DNA of 34,736 nt from a virus (taxonomy: Duplodnaviria; Caudoviricetes), in the IMG/VR virus record IMGVR_UViG_3300042349_000588, positions 1-34,736 of that record, one strand, 5' to 3'. The notes beneath the pieces are model-generated. The model saw only the letters and a list, made by a program, of their open reading frames with translations, was not told where the DNA came from and did no database searches. Positions within the stretch are counted from its first letter, which is position 1. Every line of letters begins with the position of its first letter. Positions 26,564 to 34,350 of this stretch are shown piece by piece. The position numbers and the translations under genes were made by a program.

Positions 26564-26589
26564 GTTTTTTTCCAACTGTCCGTGGCGTT
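26564..26589 (+). promoter_or_regulatory. Repeated promoter-like motif, copy 12
   Basis: GTTT-N14-GTGGCGTT(A). Confidence 0.7.
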
Positions 26590-26643
26590 AAACAAACGGG
26601 CAGTTGGTTCATGGTTCATGGTTCAAGGATCGATGAGGCGAAA

Positions 26644-27078
26644 ATGAAATCACGTTTCCCGTTCGGCAATGTTGCTCTGATGCTGCTTGTGATTGCGGTC
26701 CTGGGCTGGTTCGCATACCGAGCGATCGATCCGATTCCACCGATGCCGATCGATCAACAGATCGAAGCTGGCGATGTGGTAATCAGCCAGGGGGACAGGT
26801 CCAGCAAGTGGCCTGCGGTAAGGCGTGAGTTCCTGCGAAAGCATCCATGCTGCGAAGCCTGCGATAAGACTTTTGATCTTCATGTGCATCATGTAAGGCC
26901 GTTCCACCTTTGGCCCGAGCTGGAGCTGGTTGAATCGAACCTGATAACGTTGTGTCCCGAGCATCATTTTTTTATCGGGCATGATGAGGACGGTCCGAGG
27001 GAACCAAAGAAACCGAATTGGAAGACCAGTAACCGAAGCGTCTGGCGCGATGCCAGGAGAGAGAAGGCGATGCGATGA
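26644..27078 (+). CDS. HNH endonuclease with N-terminal hydrophobic helix
   Basis: VALMLLVIAVLGWFAY; RSSKWPAVR..CEAC..VHH...NLITLCPEHH. Confidence 0.85.
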   Translation: MKSRFPFGNVALMLLVIAVLGWFAYRAIDPIPPMPIDQQIEAGDVVISQGDRSSKWPAVRREFLRKHPCCEACDKTFDLHVHHVRPFHLWPELELVESNLITLCPEHHFFIGHDEDGPREPKKPNWKTSNRSVWRDARREKAMR

Positions 27079-27314
27079 GCGATTCAACCCATTTTCGCAA
27101 TACGTCGAGTACTGCCGACTGCAAAATGGAGGGTCTTGCAGAGCGATTGAAAAACTTTCATCGGTACGGAATTGAACGAATCGAGCTTGATGAATCATTG
27201 CCGACAGATGAGTTTCAGATCAACAAAGAACGAACACTGATTCGAGTGCATCCGAGCCTCGAAGCACAGGTCAAGAAAGTATTAGAAGACGATTGGAAAA
27301 AAAGAAAGCGATAG
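27075..27314 (+). CDS. hypothetical protein
   Basis: ATGA overlap. Confidence 0.6.
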   Translation: MSDSTHFRNTSSTADCKMEGLAERLKNFHRYGIERIELDESLPTDEFQINKERTLIRVHPSLEAQVKKVLEDDWKKRKR

Positions 27315-27316
27315 CG

Positions 27317-27634
27317 ATGCCAACAAAACAGCCAGTACCACCGCCACCACCACCGATGATGATTGTGGAGCGAACTTGCTCAAACTGCAAATTTTGGGAG
27401 GCAATCCCAGAATGGGCTATCGCCAAAGATCAAGGCGAGTGCCTGAGAATCAACGGTCATTGGATAAAGCATTACGAGACCGATGACCCACCATTGATAA
27501 ACACGGCGATGCTGAGCGACCACGAAGCATTCCTCGTGACCAGGGGAGCATTCGGGTGCAATATGTTCGAGAGCCGAAACGCTTGCCACACAGCAAACCC
27601 CCCAACTTCACCCCCACCACCAAGGAAGCAATAG
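27317..27634 (+). CDS. Cys-rich hypothetical protein with Pro-rich ends
   Basis: CSNCKFW...GEC...FGC. Confidence 0.65.
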   Translation: MPTKQPVPPPPPPMMIVERTCSNCKFWEAIPEWAIAKDQGECLRINGHWIKHYETDDPPLINTAMLSDHEAFLVTRGAFGCNMFESRNACHTANPPTSPPPPRKQ

Positions 27635-27636
27635 CG

Positions 27637-28065
27637 ATGATCGATTTACGAATGGTAGCAGACGACCGAGGCAACTTGCAGCTACAGATGCGGTCTCGAA
27701 ACATCACCATCAGTCGTCACGGCAGGTTTTATCAGGGCGACTGGACTCCATGGCAATCAGTACCGATCGTTCACGACCCTGCGCAGTTGGTCGACCGGGT
27801 TGAAATCTTCGATGCAAGATCATCGGAGGCAAAGCCGGACGTTGGCCTGACCGGAAAGCAGCTTGCTGAGGTTCTGGATAATCTCGGAAAGACTCGCGAG
27901 CGGCTTCAGGACGAGGCAGCAAAAGCAAATCATGAATCGCACAAGCATTTTCTCGAAGGCGTAGCGGCTGGAATCTTCGAGTGCATTTCGAAGATCCAGA
28001 ATGTCCTCGGCCAGCAAGCCGACGAATCGACCGATGATGAATTTGATCCTGACCTACCCTACTAG
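27637..28065 (+). CDS. hypothetical protein
   Basis: MIDLRMV...LQLQMR...WTPWQSVP; acidic tail. Confidence 0.65.
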   Translation: MIDLRMVADDRGNLQLQMRSRNITISRHGRFYQGDWTPWQSVPIVHDPAQLVDRVEIFDARSSEAKPDVGLTGKQLAEVLDNLGKTRERLQDEAAKANHESHKHFLEGVAAGIFECISKIQNVLGQQADESTDDEFDPDLPY

Positions 28066-28074
28066 GAAGAAACA

Positions 28075-28299
28075 ATGACAAACCACGCGCAGATAATGCT
28101 GAAAAGAGGATGTCCTGATTGCGGAGGGGACATTGAACTATACGACTCGCATATAAACGGCATCCAGGGTAGATACCGATGCAAGAAATGCCCAAGGGAT
28201 ACCGTTTGGAAGGTAGGCAAGTCAATTCCGTTTTCAGAACTTCTCAAGAAAATGAAAGCGAAGGCTGCGGAGACACAAGACGGAAAGCCGGTATCCTAG
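28075..28299 (+). CDS. small Zn-ribbon protein
   Basis: CPDCGG...CKKC. Confidence 0.65.
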   Translation: MTNHAQIMLKRGCPDCGGDIELYDSHINGIQGRYRCKKCPRDTVWKVGKSIPFSELLKKMKAKAAETQDGKPVS

Positions 28300-28302
28300 C
28301 CA

Positions 28303-29061
28303 ATGAAGTCAACTTGGTTCGGAAATAAACAACGCTACGAATTTGCCAAGCTGATCCAAGAGGCCGACTACTCGATGCACGGCTGGGATCTCTATCATTC
28401 GTGGCTACAGGTCGCAAGCGGTTCGATGCGTCAGGCTTGCCATGTGATGCGAACCGGAATGAAGGACGACCGGATCGAACAGACGGTTATCGAGCACCAG
28501 AAGCGGGTCAAGCATCCTGAGAACTTCGCTCGGGCGATGGGGGTGCTTGTCGCTGCGTTGGAAAAAGAGAGTGATGATTTTCTTGGCTCGGTTCTGATGG
28601 AGTGGGGCCAGAACGATGTGCAATTTAAGGGGCAATGTTTTACGCCGATGCCTGTCTGCCGGATGATGGCGGCGTTAACCATTGGGGATCGAAAGCCGGA
28701 CCCGGGCGAACGGCTGATGATTTCGGAGCCAGCCTGCGGCGGTGGGGCGATGGTGATTGCGACTTCGGACGTACTCAAGGCGAACGGATTTTTCCCTTGG
28801 AACTATCATTGGCAGTGCGTCGATGTTGACTGGAGGATGTTCGCGGCGTGTTACATACAGACGACACTCCTGGGGATTCCTGCGGAGGTAGTTCATGGCA
28901 ACACGTTGAGCCAAGAGCGATGGGACACGGCTGAGACGATTTCGGCGGTGTTGTACCCACTGAGGAAAAGGCCAGCGGTGCGAATCGATGAGCCGGTGCA
29001 GGATGAGATTGTTACCGAGTCCGTTGGGCTCGGGGAGTTCAAGCAACTGACTTTATTTTAG
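28303..29061 (+). CDS. N-6 DNA methylase-like SAM-binding protein (no NPPY/F motif seen)
   Basis: DFLG, GQCFTP..VC.MMA, EPACGGGAM, CVDVD, HGNTL. Confidence 0.8.
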   Translation: MKSTWFGNKQRYEFAKLIQEADYSMHGWDLYHSWLQVASGSMRQACHVMRTGMKDDRIEQTVIEHQKRVKHPENFARAMGVLVAALEKESDDFLGSVLMEWGQNDVQFKGQCFTPMPVCRMMAALTIGDRKPDPGERLMISEPACGGGAMVIATSDVLKANGFFPWNYHWQCVDVDWRMFAACYIQTTLLGIPAEVVHGNTLSQERWDTAETISAVLYPLRKRPAVRIDEPVQDEIVTESVGLGEFKQLTLF

Positions 29062-29074
29062 GAAGTATCGAGTT

Positions 29075-29530
29075 ATGGGACGAGAAGTAAGAAGAGTACC
29101 GAAGGACTGGAACCCGCCAAAGAGCGAATCTCATCCAGATAGGTTTCTGCCGCATTTCGACAAAGACTTCAAATCTGCGTGCGATGAATGGAAAGCAGGG
29201 TACGAAAAGTGGAAAACGGAACCGGAAGACGACTGCGAATACTGGGAGTGGGATATTCCACCGGATCGAGATTACTACCGGCCAGCATGGACCGACGAAG
29301 AGCGAACGCATTTCATGTTGTACTCGACCACCACGGAAGGTACTCCAATGTCCCCGGCGTTTGCGACACCAGAAGAATTGGCAAGATACCTAGCCGACAA
29401 CAAGGTTTCTTCGTTTGGGAGCTTCACGGCAACTTACGAGGAATGGCTCAAATTCTGCTATGACGAATCACCAGCTTGCTCCCTGGTGGTAAAAAATGGC
29501 GTGATGGCTTCCGGGGTGCAGGCAGTTTAG
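29075..29530 (+). CDS. hypothetical phage protein
   Basis: MGREVRRVP...YSTTTEGTPMSPAFATPEELARYL. Confidence 0.8.
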   Translation: MGREVRRVPKDWNPPKSESHPDRFLPHFDKDFKSACDEWKAGYEKWKTEPEDDCEYWEWDIPPDRDYYRPAWTDEERTHFMLYSTTTEGTPMSPAFATPEELARYLADNKVSSFGSFTATYEEWLKFCYDESPACSLVVKNGVMASGVQAV

Positions 29531-30102
29531 CAGTCCGCAAACCGCATAACGTCCTCTGAATTTAGCGTGACAAAACCTAGTCCAGTCCAAGCCATAATCC
29601 CGACAGCAACGTGAACCAAGTTCGCCGGTGTTTCGGATGAGTCGATCGACATTAGGGAAACGATCGGTCGCTCGGACTGGACCCCGTAAAGATACCGGGC
29701 CGCATCGCGTTTCATGCAGACGCCTTCTAATTTTGCGACGTTGCTTTTTTCTGCGCAGTTCCTAGCCCACTCGACAGTCGAGTAGTTTACGCCGTTGATA
29801 AGCCGGACCTGTAGATCGTACCGATGCAGGATGCTCTTGGGTGTTGGTCGGCGCTCGAAGAAGTACGACGATTCGGCGATCGTAATGTACCCCTGGGGGG
29901 TTTCATGGTACTTGATCGGGGGGATGGTAAGCTGATCGATTCGGCGTTTGAGGGCTCGATCGTATTGCCAGCGGTGACGACCTGAGAGGTGAGCTATCAC
30001 GGTGTTGCGGCTGAGGCCAAGTGTGGATGCAATCTGCTTTTTCGGGTATCCTCGGTGGGCTTGGAAGTGGATCTGATAGATGGTCTGGTTGTCGCATCGC
30101 AT
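29527..30102 (-). CDS. HTH DNA-binding protein
   Basis: GYPKKQIASTLGLSRNTVIAHL; GGAG RBS; only well-supported minus-strand gene. Confidence 0.75.
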   Translation of the reverse strand: MRCDNQTIYQIHFQAHRGYPKKQIASTLGLSRNTVIAHLSGRHRWQYDRALKRRIDQLTIPPIKYHETPQGYITIAESSYFFERRPTPKSILHRYDLQVRLINGVNYSTVEWARNCAEKSNVAKLEGVCMKRDAARYLYGVQSERPIVSLMSIDSSETPANLVHVAVGIMAWTGLGFVTLNSEDVMRFADC

Positions 30103-30143
30103 GGTGAGCAACTCCGGGCTAGTATTGCGGTGAGGGAAAAACC

Positions 30144-33100
30144 ATGAACAAGATCGTCGAAACGCTGCAAGAGTCTCAAAGTCTAATCGAATCCTGGGGC
30201 GATGTCATTGACGTCACGGAATTCATGACCGACACGCCAGGGTTCTTCCAGGCAAACAGCCTCGGCGTTTACACGCAGATTTATGACCGGGCCGATGGGC
30301 GATACCGTCCGGTCTACACGAACGAATCGGACCTGAAAATCATCCGGGCGATGGGCTGGCTGCTTGTCGAGCGGGTTCCGATGGCCCAAGCCTGGATCAA
30401 CCGGCTGCTGGATTACACGATTGGGACGGGGTTTGACTGGACGATCAAGGCCAGCGATAAGCGACTGGAGAAGGCGATCCAAGCCTATGTGCGCGAGACG
30501 CTGGACAACTCCAAGTGGTCCTCGGAACTCGAGCGCGAGAGTTACGCCAGGGAGGTCGGGGAAGGGGAATGCCTGATCGAGCATGTTTACGAAAATGGCC
30601 AATGCTTAGCAGTTGCTTGTGAGGCTGACGAGCTGACCGAACCGGCTGCAAAGAACGAGCTCGAAGACTGGATCGGAATCGATTACGTACCGTCCTGGAG
30701 CTTCGGAGTTTTGACCCGGGAAAACAGGCCGCAGAATCCAATCGGGTATCATTTCGTCCGAAACGCAACCGGAACGGACTGGGATTACGTTACGGCCGAC
30801 AGAGTGTCTCACTGGAAGCGGAACGTCCGATCGCGGGCCAAGCGAGGGTTCTCGGATTTCTACAAGCCGCACCTGTACTTGCTCAGGGCCGATAGGGTGC
30901 TGACCAACACGGCAGAAGGGGCAGCGACCCAAGCGGCGATTGCTTACATCGTGGAGCACAAGGACGGCCAGCAACGGCAGGCAGAAAACATCATCAAGAA
31001 GTTCTCAGCGCCGACAGGTCGAGTCGACCCGATGACCGGGATCATGGAACGCAAGCGGAAGATGAAACCGGGGACACGGCTGGACGTTCCGGAAGGGCAA
31101 ACGTACAAGGCCGGTCTGCTCGGCGCCAACAACTCAGCGATCTATATCGAGGTAATGGAGGCCGCTTTGAGGCTTGCCGGATCGGTCCATGCCTTCGTTG
31201 AGGGGATGCTGACTGGGAGCTACTCGAACAACAATTTCGCCTCTGCGCTGGTGGCCGAAGGTCCGTTCATGCAGGGGCGGCTTGCTGAGCAATCGCAACG
31301 CAAAGAGCGAATGCGTGAAATGATCCTGAAGATGATTCGCCTGGGGGCTGGTAAGAGGCGTTTTGCGGCTGTTGGGTATGAATCCTGGGATTCGATCCGA
31401 GATGCGATTACCGTCGAGGTCATACCCTCAAGGATCGTTCCGATGGACCCACTCAAGACTTCGCAAGCGTTGGAGGTCCAAAAGCGGAACGGCTGGGTCT
31501 CGGACAAGACCTGTATCAACGAACTCGGGCGCGATATTGACACGGAAACTGCCAACGGATTGAAGGTCGGCGGTGCTGAGAATCAACCCGGGTCCGGTGG
31601 TCAACCAGGAGCACAAACCAACGAAAACACAGGTGCACCGGTTTCGGATCTTGGAAACGTTTCCAAAACCGAACAGGAGCAAGGCGGCGAATGGCTCGGG
31701 ATTACCACGGTCCAATGGCGGCGAAACCGCAAGGCGATCACTGACGTTCTGACTGATTTTGCCAGGGGCAAGCTCAAGCGGAATGTCGCGAAGGTTCTGC
31801 TTCGATCGATCGGCATTCCGGACAGGGGAATCGAGACCATTCTGGACGACGCATCGGACGGTCAAATCGATTCGATGCCACAAATGGAATCGCTGACCGA
31901 GGCCGAACGCAAGACGCTTAACAAGCCGTTCCGGACCTCCGAGGGACCGAAGAAGTTTTCGGTCTACGTAAAGAACCAAAAAGGCAACGTCGTGAAGGTC
32001 AACTTCGGTGATCCGAAAATGCGGATCAAGCGAGACGACCCTGGAAGCCGGCGAGGGTTCCGGGCTCGGCATAACTGCCAAGACCCAGGGCCGAAGTGGA
32101 AGGCTCGATACTGGTCCTGTCGAATGTGGTCGAAGCCAAGCGTGACGAAGATCCTCAAGGAGTCCTTGGAGACCGGAGAGATTGGCTGGGACGGCAGAAC
32201 GTTTGTTCGGGAGTCCTGGTTGTACAAGCAGAACCCAAGGCTGCTTGAGGTCCGCGACGGGGACGGCGACGGTAAAATCAACGATGGCAAACCAAATGAG
32301 GCACCTGCGGAAAAGAAACCGAAAGCTGCGCAGCCAAAATCAAAATCGAAAGCTCAAAAATTCGCAGTAGCGGATTATTCGGGTGACAGATTCTTGAAGT
32401 TGAACAAGGCACTGAGAACCGGCGAATCTCTCGATAGTTCTGATCAAACCCTTGTCAGGAACCTTGATGCTCACTTAGCGAGTTCTCCGAAGCATAAGGG
32501 GGTCACGTTTCGAGTTATCGAGGATTCAGATGGGGCAATAGCAAAGACGATCCAAGACGGTGGCTCATTCACAGACAAAGCTTTTGCGTCTACATCTACA
32601 TCGATTCCTTCGTTCGTTTCCAAGGGTCAAATCGCTTTTCAGGTGGTAGGCAAGAACGGTGTCGACATAAGCTCCGACTCGCTGAACCCTGGCGAAAAGG
32701 AAGTTTTGTTTCCAAGGAACACTCGTTTCAAAGTAGTGAAAACCAAAACAAACGAATACGGTGCCTTAGTCGCGATCCTGCAAGAAATCGAAGGCCAAGC
32801 TGAATCGTTAGATCAAGATTTATACAACACGTTCGAAAGGCTTATAGAGGCCAAAGACGGAGACGGAGACGGCAAGATCAACGATGGCAAGCCAAGTGAA
32901 GCACCTGCGCCGCCCAAGGAAAAGAAGGTCAAGAAAAAAAGCAACACTGTTAATCCAAAAGTCCTTGAATGGGCCAAAAGCAAGTTTGGCGACGACGAAA
33001 AGGCGCAGAACTTCGCTGAGTGGTTCGGGGATTCAAAGGTGGTCGATGCCGATGGGAATCCGCTGGTGGTCTACAAGGCGATGTATGGCTACGATGCTGA

Positions 33101-33659
33101 TTTAGGGCCTTCTAAAAACTGGAAGGGTGAAATAACCAAGCCTGCACAACCTGGGTTCGATAATCCGTTGGAGGTCATAAAAAGGAAAAGCAAATTCCCG
33201 AGCTTCGATAAGGCCGATCCAGAAGGAGTTGAAATTGCGGGTTTCTTCGGTAGCCAAGAAATAGCAAATAAGTTCGCAAACAATCCGAATGCTGGAATGG
33301 ATTCGATCTACCCTGTGTTTTTGAAGATTGAAAAACCCTACGTCATTGATGCCAAAGGTGAGCCAGCGCGTAAGTTCCAATTTGGGGAAACAGGAAAGCC
33401 TTTTCGGGACGCAATCAGATCGAACAAGTACGATGGAGTTATCATAGAGAACACTGCCGACGAAGGCACAATCCACGTTGCCTTGCAAGCCAACCAAATC
33501 AAATCAGCAACCGGCAACAAAGGCACTTTCAACCCTGACTCCAACAAGATCAATGAATCGCTGACCGAGCCTGAACCCCCCCCGACTGCGGTACAAGAGA
33601 GCAATGAGCTATCCGGTCGGCAAAAAGCAATCCTTGAGGCATGGAAAGACTACCCCTGA
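30144..33659 (+). CDS. portal protein fused to C-terminal cargo domains including two ADP-ribosyltransferase-like domains
   Basis: N-terminal ~480 aa portal-like (RGFSDF, NNNFASA, GWVSDKTCINELGRD); upstream of MuF and protease; ART motifs TFR/FASTS/EKE; second domain WFGDSKVVD..PLVVY...YDGVII...NQIKSATGN. Confidence 0.85.
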   Translation: MNKIVETLQESQSLIESWGDVIDVTEFMTDTPGFFQANSLGVYTQIYDRADGRYRPVYTNESDLKIIRAMGWLLVERVPMAQAWINRLLDYTIGTGFDWTIKASDKRLEKAIQAYVRETLDNSKWSSELERESYAREVGEGECLIEHVYENGQCLAVACEADELTEPAAKNELEDWIGIDYVPSWSFGVLTRENRPQNPIGYHFVRNATGTDWDYVTADRVSHWKRNVRSRAKRGFSDFYKPHLYLLRADRVLTNTAEGAATQAAIAYIVEHKDGQQRQAENIIKKFSAPTGRVDPMTGIMERKRKMKPGTRLDVPEGQTYKAGLLGANNSAIYIEVMEAALRLAGSVHAFVEGMLTGSYSNNNFASALVAEGPFMQGRLAEQSQRKERMREMILKMIRLGAGKRRFAAVGYESWDSIRDAITVEVIPSRIVPMDPLKTSQALEVQKRNGWVSDKTCINELGRDIDTETANGLKVGGAENQPGSGGQPGAQTNENTGAPVSDLGNVSKTEQEQGGEWLGITTVQWRRNRKAITDVLTDFARGKLKRNVAKVLLRSIGIPDRGIETILDDASDGQIDSMPQMESLTEAERKTLNKPFRTSEGPKKFSVYVKNQKGNVVKVNFGDPKMRIKRDDPGSRRGFRARHNCQDPGPKWKARYWSCRMWSKPSVTKILKESLETGEIGWDGRTFVRESWLYKQNPRLLEVRDGDGDGKINDGKPNEAPAEKKPKAAQPKSKSKAQKFAVADYSGDRFLKLNKALRTGESLDSSDQTLVRNLDAHLASSPKHKGVTFRVIEDSDGAIAKTIQDGGSFTDKAFASTSTSIPSFVSKGQIAFQVVGKNGVDISSDSLNPGEKEVLFPRNTRFKVVKTKTNEYGALVAILQEIEGQAESLDQDLYNTFERLIEAKDGDGDGKINDGKPSEAPAPPKEKKVKKKSNTVNPKVLEWAKSKFGDDEKAQNFAEWFGDSKVVDADGNPLVVYKAMYGYDADLGPSKNWKGEITKPAQPGFDNPLEVIKRKSKFPSFDKADPEGVEIAGFFGSQEIANKFANNPNAGMDSIYPVFLKIEKPYVIDAKGEPARKFQFGETGKPFRDAIRSNKYDGVIIENTADEGTIHVALQANQIKSATGNKGTFNPDSNKINESLTEPEPPPTAVQESNELSGRQKAILEAWKDYP
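31651..31666. promoter_or_regulatory. 16-bp palindrome, copy 7 (in the portal linker)
   Basis: perfect TTGGAAACGTTTCCAA. Confidence 0.75.
32238..32909 (+). repeat. 72-bp imperfect direct repeat (32238-32309 and 32838-32909)
   Basis: RLLEVRDGDGDGKINDGKPNEAPA / RLIEAKDGDGDGKINDGKPSEAPA, exactly 600 nt apart. Confidence 0.9.
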
Positions 33660-34324
33660 TGCCTGAGTTCAAGGAGCGAACAACCTACGAAGAGCGCATG
33701 ACTCGAGCGATGCAGGACGTTTTCGAGGCTGCTGCTGCGGTCGCTGCTGACGGTATCGAGGCGGTCAATGCTGCAATAAAAACAGCATTGAAAAAATACG
33801 TCGGGCCGATCCTCGAAGAGATTCAGCGCCGGGTGATAATCATCCTGCTGCTACTCTTTGGTGACGATGATCGAACGTCCTCGGTACTCGGTGACAAGCC
33901 GGACGAGGGGCCGATTGCTGACGATCTGACGAAGAAGGCCGCGAAGCGAGCCGAGAAGCAAACCGATGACCTTGGGGATCAAATGGCCGATACGAATCGT
34001 TCTTGGTCGAGGGAATGGAACCCGGACGATCAATCGTTCGAGGACTGGTCCAAGGACAGGCTATTCCCTCCGTCGCGTGCCGAGACCGTAGCGATCACGG
34101 AGACGACCACGGCGATATCACTCGGGGAACGAGATGTGATCGACACGATCGAGGATCTAGGGGTCGAGATCGATGCTCTGTGGTTTACGAAGCGCGACGA
34201 GCTAGTTTGTCCAGTCTGCGGTCCGCTTCACAATCAATCGAAGAGCCAATGGGAAAATGATTTCCCCGTCGGGCCTCCTGCACACCCTCGTTGCCGGTGC
34301 TTCCTGGTTTACTATGCTAGGTGA
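33659..34324 (+). CDS. MuF / SPP1 gp7-like head morphogenesis protein
   Basis: RAETVAITE, W.T..D..VCPVC, PPAHPRCRC; TGATG overlap with the portal. Confidence 0.88.
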   Translation: MPEFKERTTYEERMTRAMQDVFEAAAAVAADGIEAVNAAIKTALKKYVGPILEEIQRRVIIILLLLFGDDDRTSSVLGDKPDEGPIADDLTKKAAKRAEKQTDDLGDQMADTNRSWSREWNPDDQSFEDWSKDRLFPPSRAETVAITETTTAISLGERDVIDTIEDLGVEIDALWFTKRDELVCPVCGPLHNQSKSQWENDFPVGPPAHPRCRCFLVYYAR

Positions 34325-34350
34325 GCAGTGCCAGCGTAGAATTTTGCATC

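Noticed and set aside
1510-31666. Palindrome or promoter repeats as a CRISPR array
   Set aside because: Copies are hundreds to thousands of bases apart, with no regular spacers and no cas genes
32238-32909. Diversity-generating retroelement TR/VR pair
   Set aside because: Differences are not confined to adenines of one copy, both copies are in-frame coding, and no reverse transcriptase is in the window
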